Shown here: positions 22,031 through 64,000 of the stretch, in pieces
How positions within the stretch are numbered: the stretch's first letter is position 1
How the letters are laid out: each line of letters opens with the position of its first letter
From: Chrysomallon squamiferum
Lineage: Eukaryota > Animalia > Mollusca
DNA: 64,000 nt
Assembly (NCBI GenBank): GCA_012295275.1
Contig: CM022677.1
Span: 28,024,001-28,088,000, forward strand
Direction: 5' to 3'
The notes under the pieces: model-generated
Databases searched by the model: none
Told to the model about the DNA's origin: nothing
What the model saw: only the letters and a program-made list of their open reading frames with translations
Translations under genes and position numbers: made by a program

Positions 22031-23334
22031 TAGACATACATGAGAACACAGAGATAAATGCGATATCACGCCGATTATGATAAAGTATAGCACAATATAC
22101 CATCTCATAATATACTATAAGATACTCTTAGTATAACTATGATTTCGCATGGTATTTTGTGGTATTTTATGGCAAGAGTGGATACCAGACTATAGTGTAT
22201 ATGCCAGGTAAAGCCATATCATATGGTGTCTGTGATATATGATATTGAATTTCTCTCCAGTACATGTAATACATTGTTGTATTTTGTAATGCAGATGCTA
22301 AATTACTGTATTGAAAATTCAGTAAACCAGCACAGTGTACATAAATCTATATTGATATTTAAAAAGTCAGCGCGTGGCACATAGAATACTTATTGTGTAT
22401 TAACAGAGGGCTCAGTGAAATATAACCCAGAATGTTATATTACACTGCACTGAATTGTCTGCTTTAATAGTTTATCACCTTGTATAGAAAGTTGAAAGTT
22501 GGTGCAGTAAAAATTAATAAATGTGATGTTTTATAACAGTTTGAACAGAGCATACAGAACAGAGCTTTCAGTGTCTATGTATCTCCTGAGACATATTTTA
22601 TTAAAGATGTCAAAACAAACAACAAAGGAAAAACAAAAGTGTCTGTGTATCAGGTTTACTAGCCTGGAGATGTATTAATATTAAATTATACAGTTTGGTC
22701 TCATTTTACAATCCTATTCAGATCATTTGTGTTTCCTCAAAGGAATGTACTCAAATACCCACTACATCACATCACACATTCAACATAGGAAATTATAATT
22801 CAACATAGGAAATTATAATTCAACATAGCAAATTATAATTCAACATAGGTAATTATAATTCAACATAGGAAATTATAACTCAAAACGATACATAATATGA
22901 AGATGTTCAAAGCGTATAAAATAACAGCATAGCTAACACACGATATTGTAAAATACAAATTGTATAAAATCCTTTTCAGAAATCGACTGTGGTGAACCTC
23001 CTGACGTACCAAACTCTACAAGAAACACGACGGGAACCACGTTAAACTCAGTCACGTCTTACAGCTGCTCAGAGGGATACGAAATTCTGAATGGTTCAAC
23101 AACATCGACGTGTGAAGTAACACGAAGCTGGACTTCAAACAACCTCATCTGTGTCGGTGAGAACTTCTAATCTGATACATAAATAATAATAATAATAATA
23201 ATAACTGTCTCTGTTTGTCTCTAGACAAATTATAATTATAGTTATATTCTTTTTTCTTTTTATCCATTTATTCATTCACTTATGTTGTTTTTCATAATTA
23301 TAATTTGTCTAGAGACAAAGAGAGACAGTATATA

Positions 23335-23370
<36 letters not shown>

Positions 23371-23819
23371 TAGCAGTTGAAGTAGTAATGGTAGTAGTAG
23401 TAGTAACAGTAGTAACAGTAATATCATAATCATCATCACCATCATCATCATGATCATTATTATTATTGTTGTTATCATTTTAAAGTTAACTTTACCTCTT
23501 TTTTTTACAGTTAACTGCGGAGACCCAACAGTAGACAATGGTCACGTGATTCACAATTCTACGGTTGTTGGCAGTGTTGGGTCAGTGACGTGTGACGAGT
23601 TTTTCCACTTTTTTGGAACCAACTCAAGCGTAACGTGTATGTCGACTGGGGAAATGGGTTGTTGATGGTCAGTGTAAACGAGTGGAGTGGACTGACAAGG
23701 TATCAACATCGTCATCGTCATCGTCATCATTAATATTTTTATTGTCGCTGTTAAATGTTCATTGTTACTATCCTTAACGTCTTCAGTATTATTAGTATTA
23801 TTATTATTATTAGTATTAT

Positions 23820-23853
<34 letters not shown>

Positions 23854-23866
23854 CATTATTATTACA

Positions 23867-23900
<34 letters not shown>

Positions 23901-23953
23901 GTATTATTAGTATTATTAGTATTATTATTATTATTATTACAATTATTATTACA

Positions 23954-23998
<45 letters not shown>

Positions 23999-24474
23999 GT
24001 TATTAATATTGTTATTAATTCTCAGGAAGATCGACGCTTTCCAGTTCCGTCGCCTTTAACAAACGACTGGGCAATGATTCTAAAGGCAACACCAGGCCAT
24101 AAGAATTATCAGTAAGGAATCCTTTCTATTTTTATTATTTGTTTGTTTATTTATTATTTGTATTTATTTGTTTCTTCTTTCTTCTTTTTAAATTGGTTAT
24201 TCATTATTAAAATAGTTCATTTGTTTTTAGTTTAGTTTATTTTGCAATTTGTAAATCGATGCAAGCTGGTTTGTAAACATAGAAAAAAAATGTAATATAT
24301 TTTCTTTCCCCTTTTACGTTTGTTTGTTTGTTTGTTGTTGTTGTTTTATTTTATTTTTTTTTTTTTTTTTAATGTTTTGTTTTGGTTTCGTTTCACTTCG
24401 ATTTGAGATCATCTTATTTTTTTTTTTTTTTTTTTTTTCCTTAATATATTTTATTCTATTTATTTATTTTTTAG

Positions 24475-24532
<58 letters not shown>

Positions 24533-24884
24533 GTTGTTATTATTATTATTATTATTATTTATTTTTTTATTTTTTTATTTCTTTATTTATTTATATACAA
24601 ATATACAGATATAGATATACATGTAAAGAAAAGTAAAACTTATTTGTTTAAGGTTTGCACTAAATCTCTACAATGCTGATGATGAAACTATCATGCACGT
24701 CAATCCGAGATTCAACCTGTACAACCAAACAGGTTACACAAAGAGAATCGTCTTCAACTCTAAGCTTAATGACGAATGGATTCATGCGAAAAAAGTTTTG
24801 AATTTCCTTTTCAAGCCGATGTGTCCTTCACCATGAAAATAACCCTGCAGTCCAACACGTTTAAGGTATTTATATCTCTGTCTA

Positions 24885-25975
24885 TCCGCTTTATATCTTT
24901 ATATTATCTATATAATCTAGTTAGCTTTATATCTTTATATTATCTATCTAGTTAGCTTTATGTCTTTATATTATCTATATATGTAGTTAGCTTTATATCT
25001 TTATATTATCTATCTATCTAGTTAGCTTTATGTCTTTATATTATCTATCTAGTTATCTTTATGTCTTTATATTATCTATATATCACAGTTAGCTTTATAT
25101 CTTTATATTATCTATATAATCGAGTTAGCTTTATATCTTTATATTATCTATATAATCGAGTTAGCTTTATATCTTTATATTATCTATATAATCTAGTTAG
25201 CTTTATATCTTTATATTATCTATCTAGTTAGCTTTATGTCTTTATATTATCTACCTATCTAGTTAGCTTTATGTCTTTATATTATCTACCTATCTAGTTA
25301 GCTTTATGTCTTTATATTATCTACCTATCTAGTTAGCTTTATGTCTTTATATTATCTATCTAGTTAGCTTTATGTCTTTATATTATCTACCTATCTAGTT
25401 AGCTTTGTCTTTATATTATCTATATAATCTAGTTAGCTTTATATCTTTATATTATCTATCTAGTTAGCTTTATGTCTTTATATTATCTACCTATCTAGAT
25501 AGCTTTATGTCTTTATATTATCTACCTATCTAGTTAGCTTTATGTCTTTATATTATCTATATAATCTAGTTAGCTTTATGTCTTTATATTATCTACCTAT
25601 CTAGTTAGCTTTATGTCTTTATATTATCTATATATCCCAGTTAGCTTTATATCTTTATATTATCTATCTAGTTAGCTTTATGTCTTTATATTATCTACCT
25701 ATCTAGTTAGCTTTATGTCTTTGTATTATCTATATAATCTAGTTAGCTTTATATCTTTAAATTATCTATCTAGTTAGCTTTATGTCTTTATATTATCTAC
25801 GTATCTAGTTAGCTTTATATCTTTATATTATCTATCTAGTTAGCTTTATGTCTTTATATTATCTACCTATCTAGTTAGCTTTCTGCCTTATATTATCTAG
25901 CTAGTTAGCTTTCTATCTTTATATTTTCTGTCTATCTAGTTAGCTTTATATCTTTATATTTTCTGTCTATCTCTA
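24885..25975. repeat. About 30-36 bp array (TAGTTAGCTTTATGTCTTTATATTATCTATC)n in the last intron of copy C
   Basis: Direct inspection. Confidence 0.9.
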
Positions 25976-26134
25976 TAGCGAGCTATCTGCCTTTCTACAT
26001 ATAATGTCTGTTCGCCCATGTATTTCTGTACCTAGCTTACTGGGCTAAATATATGTTTGTCAACCATTATGTGTTCTTTCTCTCCAGTTTATAAACATAT
26101 ATTTTCATATCATATTATCATAATCATTACCATT

Positions 26135-26166
<32 letters not shown>

Positions 26167-26178
26167 TATTATTATTAC

Positions 26179-26209
<31 letters not shown>

Positions 26210-26575
26210 GTTGTTGTTGTTGTTGTTATTATACTAGATAGCAGTAGACAGAGACTACAACTACAACTACACGGTACCCAAAGACCAGGACGGAGTACCA
26301 AGAGATGCCAGAAACATCACTTCCATCCTATTGTACGACGACGTCACCGTTCAAAGACTTCTTTTAAAATACTGAATAAGAAACATCATCATTGATCAGT
26401 TAAACATAGAAATGTAAAGAAAACACGGACACTTTTACATTTTCTCAAAATGTAAGAAGCGTCGTAATTATTATTCTGTAATAACTCTACGATTTTGGAA
26501 TATTGAAAATAAACACGTTTTCTTTCTTGAGAGAATGAAACTTAATTCTGTGCATATATTTATCAACAGAGTGAT

Positions 26576-26650
<75 letters not shown>

Positions 26651-27039
26651 TGAATACATATATATTCAGCAGGGTGAATGAAGTACAATTGGGCCAAACG
26701 TCTTTCTCTCTTCTCTGTTGAACTCTCTTTCACCACAGTCACCCTGAGAAGATCTCACACCCCCCTACCCAATGCTGGCAGACATCACTGTCCTTAACAC
26801 AGCCCCAGTGACAGTTCTCCACAGAGTGATGTCCCACGTATGTTGCGGCAATTTCCACTTTACGTCTAAACAAAGAGAAGTACACTTCGCACACGTTAAC
26901 GTGTTGATGTATCTTTATGTTTGGTGCTTTTAGTTCACATACATCACTTTATAAATAGCTAAACATTTTAAACAAATGTTTACACATCTACGTATGGCTA
27001 TCCAGCCATCTAACTATCCTTCTATCTATATATCGATCT

Positions 27040-28540
27040 GTGCATGTAACTGTCTATCTGTGTATGTATATAATCACGTACACGCATAGTTAGACACACA
27101 CGTGCATGTAACTGTCTATCTGTGTATGTATATAATCACGTACACGCATAGTTAGACTCACACACGTGCATGTAACTGTCTATCTGTGTATGTATATAAT
27201 CACGTACACGCATAGTTAGACACACACGTGCATGTAACTGTCTATCTGTGTATGTATATAAAATCACGTACACGCATAGTTAGACACACACGTGCATGTA
27301 ACTGTCTATGTGTATGTATAAAATCACGTACACGCATAGTTAGACACACACGTGCATGTAACTGTCTATCTGTGTATGTATATAATCACGTACACGCATA
27401 GTTAGACTGATACACGTGCATGTAACTGTCTATCTATGTATGTATATAATCACGCATAGTTAGACTGATACACGTGCATGTAACTGTCTATCTGTGTATG
27501 TATATAATCACGTACACGCATAGTTAGACTCACACACGTGCATGTAACTGTCTATCTGTGTATGTATATAATCACGTACACGCATAGTTAGACACACACG
27601 TGCATGTAACTGTCTATGTGTATGTATAAAATCACGTACACGCATAGTTAGACACACACGTGCATGTAACTGTCTATCTGTGTATGTATATAATCACGTA
27701 CACGCATAGTTAGACTGATACACGTGCATGTAACTGTCTATCTGTGTATGTATATAATCACGTACACGCATAGTTAGACACACACGTGCATGTAACTCTA
27801 TCTGTGTATGTATATAATCACGTACACGCATAGTTAGACTGACACACGTGCATGTAACTGTCTATCTGTGTATGTATATAATCACGTACACGCATAGTTA
27901 GACTCACACACGTGCATGTAACTGTCTATCTGTGTATGTATAAAATCACGTACACGCATAGTTAGACTCACACACGTGCATGTAACTGTCTATCTGTGTA
28001 TGTATATAATCACGTACACGCATAGTTAGACACACACACGTGCATGTAACTGTCTATCTGTGTATGTATAAAATCACGTACACGCATAGTTAGACTCACA
28101 CACGTGCATGTAACTGTCTATCTGTGTATGTATATAATCACGTACACGCATAGTTAGACACACACGTGCATGTAACTGTCTATGTGTATGTATAAAATCA
28201 CGTACACGCAGTTAGACACACACGTGCATGTAACTGTCTATCTGTGTATGTATATAATCACGTACACGCATAGTTAGACTGATACACGTGCATGTAACTG
28301 TCTATCTGTGTATGTATAAAATCACGTACACGCATAGTTAGACACACACGTGCATGTAACTGTCTATCTGTGTATGTATATAATCACGTACACGCATAGT
28401 TAGACTCACACACGTGCATGTAACTGTCTATCTGTGTATGTATAAAATCACGTACACGCATAGTTAGACACACACGTGCATGTAACTGTCTATCTGTGTA
28501 TGTATAAAATCACGTACACGCATAGTTAGACTCACACGTG
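27040..28540. repeat. About 62-bp intergenic minisatellite
   Basis: About 24 copies of CACGTGCATGTAACTGTCTATCTGTGTATGTATATAATCACGTACACGCATAGTTAGACACA. Confidence 0.95.
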
Positions 28541-29432
28541 CCTTTCCATCTATCTTCCTGCCTTTCTGTGTATCTATTTAACTACCTGCCTGTCTATCTG
28601 TCTGTCTATCTATCTGTCTAGCTATCTATCGATGTATCTCTTTAACTACCTGTCTATATGTCTATCTGTCTAGCTATCTATCGATGTATCTGTCTATAAC
28701 TTCCCGCTCTCTCTCTAACACACATCTGTTTTGCTATCTATACATTTATGTGTACATACCAATCTATCTCTATATCTGTATATCCATATATCCGTATGTC
28801 TCACTCTCTCAAACTTAAATACAAAACTGTATCTTTTGGACACTTATGTAACCACAATTATATCTTACTGGCTATATCACAAAAGATACTGATATTAGCT
28901 TTTTTGAGAAAATAGAGGGATTTCCATAGAAATGTATTTTAAGATATTTTTTTCTTTTAGAGTTTATTTTTATTAAAGGTTAATTTTAGAGACAGAGGTG
29001 TACTTATTTATGCAGTATTTCACAAACAACTGTTGGTTTATATTGTATAAAGTACAAATCTCTTGTTTTCATAACTTGTTAGCTCACCAGTTTAACGTGA
29101 CCTTTTAAGATATGAGCAGTTTCCTATTCTTTACACTGGCGACAGAATTGACGTTTGTACGGTATAATTAAAACGAAGGTGGATTTCTACATATTTGCTC
29201 TGTGTAGTTTAATAGCCAAACCATGGAAGATGTTGATAGTTAGTGCGAAGTTTTGTTTATGGAATAAGAATTTCAGATTAATGATATCTACCTCTGTTGC
29301 AGTTACTTAAACAAATCTATATATTAAGCCTGATGCGATTATGTTAAAACCTAATAATATAATGTTCCAAGCAAACAATAAATTGCCTCGCGCAATCAAC
29401 GTCATAACAGCTGCAGAAAATGCAATAAAGTA

Positions 29433-29920
29433 TGACGTTAGTGACATTTGTCATTATAGCTAACTGGCTTGACGTTAGTGACATTTGTCATTATAGCTAA
29501 CTGGCTTGACGTTAGTGACATTGTCTTTATAGCTAACTGGCTTGACGTTAGTGACATTTGTCATTATAGCTAACACGCATGACGTTAGTGACATTTGTCA
29601 TTATAGCTAACATGCATGACGTTAGTGATATTTGTCTTTATAGCTAACTGGCTTGACGTTAGTGACATTTGTCATTATAGCTAACTGGCTTGACGTTAGT
29701 GACATTTGTCATTGTCATTTGTCTTTATAGCTAACTGGCTTGACGTTAGTGACATTGTCATTATAGCTAACACGCATGACGTTAGTGACATTTGTCATCA
29801 TAGCTAACACGCATGACGTTAGTGACATTTGTCATCATAGCTAACACGCATGACGTTAGTGACATCTGTCATTATATCTAACAGGCATGACGTTAGTAAC
29901 ATCTGTCATTCTAGCTAACA
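29433..29920. repeat. 37-bp minisatellite with internal dyad symmetry
   Basis: Unit TGACGTTAGTGACATTTGTCATTATAGCTAACTGGCT, about 13 copies. Confidence 0.9.
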
Positions 29921-32900
29921 GGTTTTCGCCGATCCACTAGATTAATATGGTGAAGTTAAAATAGATACAGTCTGCTAGAAAGGGATAATTGTTACAAACC
30001 AGTCAGCACATACTTTAAATAAAGAAGAAAATAACGAAGTGAAGCAAAACAAACAAAACTGTTCAATGTAAATATACACTATAAAAACATGTTTATTCAA
30101 CTGATGAAATGAGCATACAAAAACCCCCACGAGATTTCGTAGTGTAAGTGTCATGATTTCACATTATTTGTCTATATTTTGTTTAAAGTTTTGTTTGTTA
30201 TTTGTCAAAGCATTTTAATGTCCGATGTTGCCCTGACAGATTCCTCACACTAAAACAGCAAACAGCAGTCAATTATTTTAATTTTTTAAATTTTTATTTA
30301 TTTTCTATTTATTTTTATGTTCTTCAAAATTCATTATTTTTAAGATTACTTTCATTCCAGATTAAATAACAGGATAATTTATTTTTTATTTCAATAATCC
30401 ATTATAACCATTTAATTATTTTTTTAAAAAACAGCCTAACTTTGGATATATTCATAAAGATTCAGCACTAGTGAAACGTCAGAGAAAATGTATACAAATC
30501 AAGAATAATTTGTTACTGCTTCAGTGAATGTTCAGTAAAATCATTTATTTCTTTAATTCACTGTATTGCTGTACTCACCCAGCCAGTGCACTATTTGTTT
30601 CACTTAATTTAGTGTGAAGCAGTGTCAACATCAGCATCGTACACAACGTCACACACAAAATAATAATGTACAGGATGAGTCGCGGGATTAGTTTGTGGTT
30701 TATTCTGTGTTGCCTAATTTCATTTTGTATCCTGTAAATCTGTAGAAACAACCCTAAACCTTGCCTAAACAAAACTTTAGAATTATGTTTTTTACTCAGA
30801 GTTAACTGCAGTGTTAATGAATGTGATGATAACAAATTTCAAATAAATCTACTTTAATTTTATTTCAGAGTATTGAAGAGTTAAACCTGAAATTAACTTT
30901 TTAATCATGTAATTTATGTAGGCCTTTAATCACACTCATTAGTAACATTATAATCATAGTGAGTAGTGTATGAGGTACTTTTATTATACAGTACTTCCTA
31001 GATTAAAAATTAATGTTAAGAATTAAATTGGCTATTGTTTCACAAGTAGATGAAGTATTTTTCATATTTGTGAAAAATAATAAAGTTTTATTTTACTATG
31101 TATGTAAACATGATACAGAAAGTAGAGGTATTGTGAAAATGTATACATGTACATTCTCTTTGCATTTTAAAACAAGTCTTAGGAATATAAATTAAAAACA
31201 AAATAGCAGCATTCATAGCATATAATATAATCATCTTATGTACAAGTAAAGTAAAATGATTCACATAGGAAGAAATAATATTAAAAATATTAAAACCAAT
31301 AAACAATTTAATATTAAATAAAGAAAACAAATAAAGAAAGGTTAAAATTTAAAAAAAAAAAAAAAAAAAAAAAGCAATAAAGAACATTCAAAAAATTATA
31401 TCAAAATGTAGAGAAAACCGATATTAAGTAAGTTTTACATGGTCAGTGATGACTTCAAAAACTATTTACACGTTGTAAAAAAAAACCATCTTTGTAATAT
31501 AAATTGTGATATCAAAATATGAAGTTTCTGTTTTGAGTTAAAAGGTTGTTTGGTTAGATTGCCAGAATCTGGTGGATGCTGAATATTCTCAACAGAAAAC
31601 ATTTATCAATAAAATTAGAAGAAAATGCTAAAGCCACATAGAAAAATATTAAACATACAAATCAAACATGAAAACATACATTAGCATATCAAACAGAGCA
31701 CACGTCTATGAAGGAATCTCCATTTACCAGGCAAAGTAACATGTCCAGCATAATTTATGTACAAGTGTTTTTCTTCTTTCTTTCTTATTCATGGAAAGCT
31801 TGTAAACTTGGAAAAGGATAAAATTATGTTTTGTAACATTCAGAAAATGTTTATTTGTTCAGGTAGAGAAGAACTGTGAGAAGTTTTTAGACGAAACCAT
31901 GTTATCTGTAAAACCCCAGAATTTTAGTTTTTTTATTTTAAAACAAGCAGCTGCTGTAGATGATAACTGGCAAATATAAACATGCTACACATAAATACCA
32001 ATTTTCTTTGATGCCACACATAAATACCAATTTTCTTTAATGCTACACATAAATACCAATTTTCTTTGGTAAAATTTCAAATATGCAAAATCTGAATTTC
32101 ATTCTTTAAATTCTGTAATCTTTTCATATTTTTCAACAGTTCAAGCAACTTTTTTTTTTTAAATTTCAAATGAGTAAAATTTTAATTTAATTTTTCTAAA
32201 TGGTCAGTGATTAAAAAATTGTGATTAGTTAAAGCAACTTTATACAGAAGACAAACTGTGACATTCTGAAAGCAAGTGACATTGTGAAAATCACTCTCTG
32301 CACCTTGCTACTGATGTGTTACTGATGTGTTACTGATGTGTTACTGATGTGTTACTGATGTGTTACTGATGTTTCAGTCTGTGTCACATATTTAACTCAG
32401 AATCTAACATCACTTTCATTAATTCTAGACAACATTCCTTTTTTGTTTAATTGAACTTATTTTTCTAATTTTTGTTGTGATCTTGTTTTTTTTATGTTAT
32501 ATGCAGACAGCTGATGAAAACTAATTAAACTCTCACAAGATGTACAGAAACATGTTAGTGGCATGTTTAACACGTTGTTTATGAAAACTGTTAGCTCAAA
32601 CTTGAAATCAGATTACAAATAATGCTAAAACGGTGCACTGTTGATTATGTTCACTTTCTGCAGAACAAAGTAAAATCACTTTTGTGATGTATCAGGTGGG
32701 AGTCCAGACAAAGCTGTTCAGACAAAGCTGTCCAGACAAAGTCCAAGAGAGGTGACCGTCCAGTGTCCAGTGCAGCTGGTGATGAATGCACAGAAAATAA
32801 ACACAAGAAAAATATTCAGATCAGTATGAAGTATGAAAGATGATTTTTTTGTTTTAAAAAGAGAAAGTTTTCTTTTTGTCCTTGCACCATGAATCATATA

Positions 32901-32948
32901 AATGGAAGTCCAGGGTTGCTATGGTTACCACAGCAGTACATAAATAGG

Positions 32949-63509
<30,561 letters not shown>

Positions 63510-64000
63510 CTGAAATAACAAACAGCTAGTAGTGTCTTTAAATCATAATAATAAACTGAAATAACAAACAGCTAGTAGTGTCATCTTTAAATCATAATAA
63601 TAAACTGAAATAACAAACAGCTAGTAGTGTCATCATATCATAATAATAAACTGAAATAACAAACAGCTAGCAGTGTCATCATATCATAATAATAAACTGA
63701 AATAACAAACAGCTAGTAGTGTCATCATATCATAATAATAAACTGAAATAACAAACAGCTAGCAGTGTCATCATATCATAATAATAAACTGAAATAACAA
63801 ACAGCTAGCAGTGTCATCTTTAAATCATAATAATAAACTGAAATAACAAACAGCTAGTAGTGTCATCATATCATAATAATAAACTGAAATAACAAACAGC
63901 TAGCAGTGTCATCATATCATAATAATAAACTGAAATAACAAACAGCTAGCAGTGTCATCTTTAAATCATAATAATAAACTGAAATAACAAACAGCTAGCA
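63510..64000 (-). repeat. 46-49 bp array repeating the acceptor of exon 63509-63225
   Basis: CTAGCTGTTTGTTATTTCAG is repeated about 11 times and runs off the window end. Confidence 0.9.

Larger units (their letters stand above)
20888..26375 (+). pseudogene. Tandem paralog (copy C) of the PAN-Sushi-galectin gene; 2 Sushi domains, two 1-nt frameshifts (pseudogene or consensus error)
   Basis: Exons 20888-21190, 21541-21616, 22980-23156, 23511-23699 (189 nt vs 188 in copy B; extra A at about 23652 gives TGA at 23663-23665), 24026-24111, 24653-24865 (213 vs 214 nt; 1-nt loss at about 24789-24800) and 26238-26375. No exon matches copy B Sushi-2. Confidence 0.75.

Noticed and set aside
29433-29920. 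CRISPR-like array of palindromic repeats
   Set aside because: Linkers are only about 5 nt and recur, there are no unique spacers or cas genes, and the context is eukaryotic.
30100-32948. Short ORFs downstream of the neogenin stop
   Set aside because: AT-rich with no domain signal; most likely the 3' UTR, whose end cannot be fixed from sequence alone.

Overview
Eukaryotic, AT-rich, intron- and satellite-rich animal DNA (probably a lophotrochozoan/mollusc; inference from gene content). The right half (32949-63509, minus strand) is a neogenin/DCC/frazzled netrin-receptor gene: 22 exons covering Ig2-Ig4, six FN3 domains, the TM helix and P1/P2/P3 motifs. Its 5' end lies beyond the window. The left half holds three paralogs of a gene with a likely secretory N-terminus and an unusual PAN/Apple - Cys-rich - Sushi(n) - galectin architecture: one intact on + (11323-19316, 452 aa), one on + with two frameshifts and one fewer Sushi exon (20888-26375), and one partial head-to-head copy on - (7896 downward). 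The most striking unexplained pattern is that about 15 exon/intron boundaries have been copied into tandem arrays. Each unit contains the real splice site, usually with a piece of the adjacent exon, and the extra copies always lie on the intron side, so the gene is lined with decoy donors and acceptors. Most long ORFs in the supplied track are microsatellite translations. Exon coordinates were read by hand; no alignment or search tools were run.
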